This document shows, piece after piece, positions 63,033-64,000 of a stretch of DNA of 64,000 nucleotides (its first letter is position 1; each line of letters starts with the position of its first letter). The notes beneath the pieces were generated by a model that worked only from the letters and a program-made list of their open reading frames with translations, searched no databases and had not been told where the DNA came from. Source of the stretch: an uncultured Acidobacteriota bacterium (GTDB taxonomy: Bacteria > Acidobacteriota > Vicinamibacteria > Vicinamibacterales > 2-12-FULL-66-21); NCBI GenBank assembly GCA_963773005.1, contig CAVYZR010000004.1, forward strand, positions 20,398 through 84,397, given 5' to 3'. Both the position numbers and the translations under genes were made by a program.

Positions 63033-64000
63033 TTAGAACCCGGGCCGTAACTGGAACTGCCACATCCAGCCGCGGGTCGGGCGGTCGAGTGGCTTGACGA
63101 AGTCGATCTCGGCAACCGCAAAGTTGAACACGTTGACGCGAACCGCGGCGCCGACGCTGAAGACCGGCTGGTTGTCGCCGGCGGGCGTGCCGGCACGCAG
63201 GCTCTGACCCCAGGCGACGCCGGCGTCAGTGAAGAATGCGGCTTCGATTGGAAGCGGTCCATAGAACTGATTGCCACCGAACGCACCCCAAATTGGGAAC
63301 CGTAGCTCGGCGTTCGCAATCGCGACGCGGCTGCCAACCAGACGATCGAACGCCGGGCATGCACTGGGCCCGCCCCCGACGCATTCGGTCGACTCGAAGG
63401 AGTACTGATCGTAGCCGCGCACGAGACCTGGATAGCCGAGGAAAAGCGCCGGCAAAAACGGATCCTCGGCGTCCTCACCGAAGCGCCCGTAGTACATCCC
63501 GCGCAGCGCGATGGTGTACGGCTTGACCGGCATCAGGTACGTCCGCATGTCCGCCAGCACGCCTGAGTAGAGCAACGATCCGGCGCTCTGCGAGAGCTCC
63601 ATGCGGTAGCGGCTACCGCGAATCGGACTGGTCGCGCCGAAAATCGACGTGTCGTAGACGAGCGCCGTCGAGCCTTCACCCAGGTTCAGCGTCGGAAAAG
63701 TCTGAAGCGGCGTCTCCTCTTCGGTCAGCTGCCGGCCGTCCAGAGTGTAGGTCCGCTCCGTCAGGTCGTAGCTCTGGCCGATGCGGCGATAGCCGCCGGA
63801 GAACTCCACGCGCCACGACCGGCTGAATGGATAGGTCAGGAAACCGGTGGCCGACTGATCGCGCTGGAGGTACCGATACTCCTGCTCGACGTAGGTGTTG
63901 CCGGTGAACCCGGCCTGGAAGCCGCGCTGCACGTACGGCGTCTGATCCAGCGACAGGCCCCAATTCCAGCGATGTGTCCGGTTGAGGTAGAAGATCGTGC
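63033..64000 (-). CDS. Omp85/surface-antigen (D15)-type outer-membrane beta-barrel protein, 5' end beyond the window
   Basis: Alternating beta-strand pattern with a C-terminal ...WMWQFQLRPGF* aromatic terminus. The frame stays open from 63932 to the window edge. Confidence 0.7.
   Translation of the reverse strand, partial: TIFYLNRTHRWNWGLSLDQTPYVQRGFQAGFTGNTYVEQEYRYLQRDQSATGFLTYPFSRSWRVEFSGGYRRIGQSYDLTERTYTLDGRQLTEEETPLQTFPTLNLGEGSTALVYDTSIFGATSPIRGSRYRMELSQSAGSLLYSGVLADMRTYLMPVKPYTIALRGMYYGRFGEDAEDPFLPALFLGYPGLVRGYDQYSFESTECVGGGPSACPAFDRLVGSRVAIANAELRFPIWGAFGGNQFYGPLPIEAAFFTDAGVAWGQSLRAGTPAGDNQPVFSVGAAVRVNVFNFAVAEIDFVKPLDRPTRGWMWQFQLRPGF

Noticed and set aside
1-64000. A search for classical mobile-element or defence hallmarks: transposase, integrase, reverse transcriptase, cas, restriction-modification, and toxin-antitoxin pairs.
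   Set aside because: None was recognisable in any listed ORF. The only mobile-like features are the non-autonomous repeats described above.

Overview
This is a visibly G+C-rich bacterial chromosomal segment (I did not compute an exact GC value). I support about 55 protein-coding genes. I found no rRNA, tRNA, CRISPR/cas, transposase, integrase or phage genes.

The gene content suggests an Acidobacteriota-like soil bacterium, by inference only. It includes four CRTAC1/ASPIC-UnbV FG-GAP proteins, PD40- and NTF2-fused Ser/Thr kinases, ECF sigma pairs, and an ADOP/FtsX permease remnant.

Gene layout by region:
- **0-8 kb:** a hybrid histidine kinase, then an operon of a PDZ pseudo-protease, a CPA-type membrane protein and a cation/H+ antiporter fused to trehalose-6-P synthase.
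- **8-10.5 kb:** two convergent ECF sigma/anti-sigma pairs.
- **10.6-17.7 kb:** an orphan NarL-type kinase and regulator bracketed by two NhaA-tail remnants. Between them lies an AT-richer island with two paralogous ~40-aa membrane peptides.
- **17.8-22.4 kb:** an ABC exporter and cstA.
- **23.4-31.1 kb:** a phospho-signalling island with two Ser/Thr kinases, a wHTH-FHA regulator translationally coupled to a GH16 lipoprotein, and a kinase-like lipoprotein.
- **31.1-35.2 kb:** an orphan cassette of an AsnB-like enzyme, a radical-SAM enzyme and a flavin-halogenase-like enzyme.
- **35.3-45.3 kb:** a 10-kb minus-strand string running AhpD-like, giant TPR/FG-GAP/ASPIC, CRTAC1, RnfD/UnbU-like, His-box membrane protein, FixH-like, CcoG-like ferredoxin, FixH-like.
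- **45.5-52.7 kb:** a second CRTAC1 plus giant paralogue around a NarL-type two-component system.
- **52.9-64 kb:** housekeeping genes (amidase, GerMN, rph, rdgB) and assorted others.

Non-genic structure worth attention:
- A family of nested hairpins whose arms are tandem 7- or 9-nt repeats.
- A ~160-nt MITE-like element in three copies.
- A third repeat that supplies the 3' tail of the kinase gene.
- At least five otherwise intact genes interrupted by a single extra base.

Four-nucleotide ATGA/GTGA start-stop overlaps are very common. All functional calls come from reading motifs by eye; no database search was run.
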